A stretch of 9,575 bases of DNA from Cyanophora paradoxa CCMP329 (Eukaryota; Plantae; Glaucophyta). The notes under the pieces are model-generated. The model saw only the letters and a list, made by a program, of their open reading frames with translations. It was not told where the DNA came from and did not search any database. Both the position numbers and the translations under genes were made by a program. The stretch spans positions 1 to 9,575 of the forward strand of contig QPMI01000388.1 in NCBI GenBank assembly GCA_004431415.1, in the 5' to 3' direction. Positions 8,501 to 9,575 of the stretch are shown here, piece after piece. How positions within the stretch are numbered: the first letter of the stretch is position 1; each line of letters opens with the position of its first letter.

Positions 8501-9575
8501 AGGCTCCCCCAAGGCCCGCCCCCGCCCCCGCCCCGCCCTGCCCCGCCCAGCCCGGAGCGACGGGGCGGGGCGGGGCGGCGGGGCAGGCGCGGCTGGTGCT
8601 GGCGGCGCTGGCGAGCGACACGGCGGGGACGGGCCTGCTGCCGCACCTGAAGCGCGCCTGCGCCGCCGTCGCCCTCGCCGTCCCCTCCGTCCTTGAGACC
8701 GAGGAGCTCCCCATCCGGTGCCGCCCGCCCTCCCCGCCCGCCCTTCCTATCGGGCCCCGCCTCGAGCCGGCCGGCCTCGCCCGCGCCGCCTCAGGTTCGT
8801 GACGACGTCGGAGCGGGGGACGAGCGGGCACGTCGCCGTCGACCTCTCCGCCGGCCTCTTCGCCGCGTGCGCCACCAAGCTCCACCGCCACGTCCGCCCC
8901 GCCCCGCCCCTTCCTCGCCCGCCCCTTCCCCGCCCGGCCGGCTCGGGCGAGCGTGCCGGGCAGGACTTCGAGGAGGAGTTCATGGCGGAGATGACCGCCA
9001 TGCTCGCAGCCCGCTCCCCGCCCAAGCCCCGTCCGCCCCGCCCCGCCTCCTCTCCCCTCTTCTTTCGTTTTGACGGGGACGGCGCGGCAGGGGCGGAGCG
9101 GACGGCGTGGGGCGCCCGCGACTCCCCCGAGCAGCCGGGGGCCGGCGAGGGGGCGCCCCCGCGGCCCGGCGCCTCCCCGACCGCGACCGCGCAGCCTCCC
9201 CGCCACCAGTGCGGCCCCCGCCCTCGCCGGCCCGCCCTCGCCCCGCGCCCCGCGGCCCGCGGCCCGGGCTGAGGCGCCGCATCGCAGGGGCGGCGAACAG
9301 GCCGCCGCCGCTGGCGCTCTCGCCGTCGGGCTCGAAGGGGAAAATCACGGGGACGGAGACGAAGACGCCGCGGGGGGCGCTGAAGAGCGCGCGGCGGCTC
9401 GGGGCCGACGCGCCGCCGGCGCCGCTGACGGTGCGGGAGGAGATGCAGGAGGGGACCCTTGTGCCCGAGCACCGCTACGAGGGCGAGGACGGCCCCGCCG
9501 CCGGCACCATCGCCGCGGCCGCCGCGGCCGCCGCCGCGGCCCGCTCAAGAGCGCCCGCCGCGGCGTCGTCGTCGC
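5519..9575 (+). CDS. Putative N-myristoylated protein with two tandem degenerate inosine/uridine nucleoside hydrolase-fold domains; 3' end outside window; contains apparent frameshifts
   Basis: Exons: 5519-5521 (ATG only), 5713-5914, 5961-6001, 6071-6300, 6367-6490, 6572-6748, 6803-6854, 6955-6989, 7066-7122, 7192-7358, 7442-7534, 7611-7795, 7861-7908, 7974-8054, 8120-8177, 8241-8294, 8365-8513, 8587-8717, 8795-8891, 8964-9030, 9091-9208, 9288 onward. Domain 1: RVIFETGSMGLDDIFALFYLVNNPLIDLRLVV...IPVAVG...IVKAPTSNV...FHATLCAVSILHPDIL. Domain 2: PVIFDCGCGVEDVAALLYAAQCPKLDLRAVVT...VPVAVG...GVTNVAAAI...AEWTVYSDPGAFEAVLRAGVPLTLVPLDAT. Junctions at 6990-7217 and after 9009 are ambiguous, and the frame breaks near 7300. 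Confidence 0.8.
6301..6366 (+). other. GC-AG intron (66 nt; alternative GC donor at 6298)
   Basis: CG|GCCCGC, C-rich tract, CTGAG branch-like motif, GGCAG|G. It is in frame, so it is inferred from composition only. Confidence 0.6.
6491..6571 (+). other. GC-AG intron (81 nt)
   Basis: AAG|GCCCGC(CCCG..)...GCGCAG|GCG. Removal joins LLIVK to APTSNV, the counterpart of the NH motif VxxGPLTN. Confidence 0.8.
6496..6530 (+). repeat. (CCCCG)7 intronic microsatellite
   Basis: Seven perfect CCCCG units directly after the 6491 donor. Confidence 0.9.
6749..6802 (+). other. GC-AG intron (54 nt)
   Basis: CAG|GCGCCC...GCTGAC...CGCAG|AAC; phase 0. Confidence 0.65.
6857..6921 (+). repeat. Imperfect (C3-5G)n intronic tract
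   Basis: Run of CCCG/CCCCG/CCCCCG units in intron 6855-6954. Confidence 0.85.
7796..7860 (+). other. GC-AG intron (65 nt)
   Basis: AAG|GCCCGC...CTCAC...GACAG|TTC. The length is not 3n, so removal is required to keep the NH frame; unspliced, the frame stops at 7894. Confidence 0.85.
7909..7973 (+). other. GC-AG intron (65 nt)
   Basis: CAG|GCGCGC...CTAAG...CGCAG|CGG. It changes frame and joins HGVDLLIQ to RIEEARPARVSICC. Confidence 0.8.
8055..8119 (+). other. GC-AG intron (65 nt)
   Basis: AAG|GCACGG...CTGAG...CGCAG|CGG. It changes frame and joins TNVAAAIAK to RPAILPQIERVV, matching the NH consensus spacing. Confidence 0.85.
8514..8586 (+). other. GC-AG intron (73 nt)
   Basis: AAG|GCCCGC...GGGCAG|GCG. 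It changes frame, and no GT dinucleotide occurs in the interval. Confidence 0.85.

Noticed and set aside
397-9548. Many long overlapping Arg/Pro/Gly/Ala-rich ORFs (e.g. 665-1591 +, 5948-7270 -, 8079-9206 -)
   Set aside because: These are antisense or off-frame shadows and intron read-throughs caused by stop-codon scarcity at very high GC; the spliced models explain the coding signal.

Overview
GC-rich, compact, intron-dense eukaryotic nuclear DNA, probably from a flagellated protist or alga (taxon not determinable from the sequence). The supplied ORF track is mostly misleading because the genes are split by about 36 short introns (46-191 nt). Manual splicing gives four genes. (1) Minus strand 538-2191, 9 exons, 357 aa: IPG(F/Y)xG motifs like ciliary microtubule-inner proteins plus a C-terminal EF-hand pair. 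(2) Plus strand 2519-3582, 6 exons, 229 aa: YedJ/YpgQ-like HD-domain phosphohydrolase. (3) Minus strand 3826-4982, 3 exons, about 346 aa: LRR + SAM protein. (4) Plus strand 5519 to beyond 9575, about 22 exons: N-terminal MGGGASKK myristoylation motif and two tandem, catalytically degenerate nucleoside-hydrolase (IU-NH fold) domains. The most striking signal is the splicing code. About a quarter of introns (8-9 of 36) need GC donors with almost no intronic U1 match (AAG/CAG|GCCCGC). Many introns have a C-rich 5' end and a G-rich 3' end instead of a polypyrimidine tract. Several frame breaks in gene 4 are each repaired by adding one C to a C-run, which is most likely assembly error.
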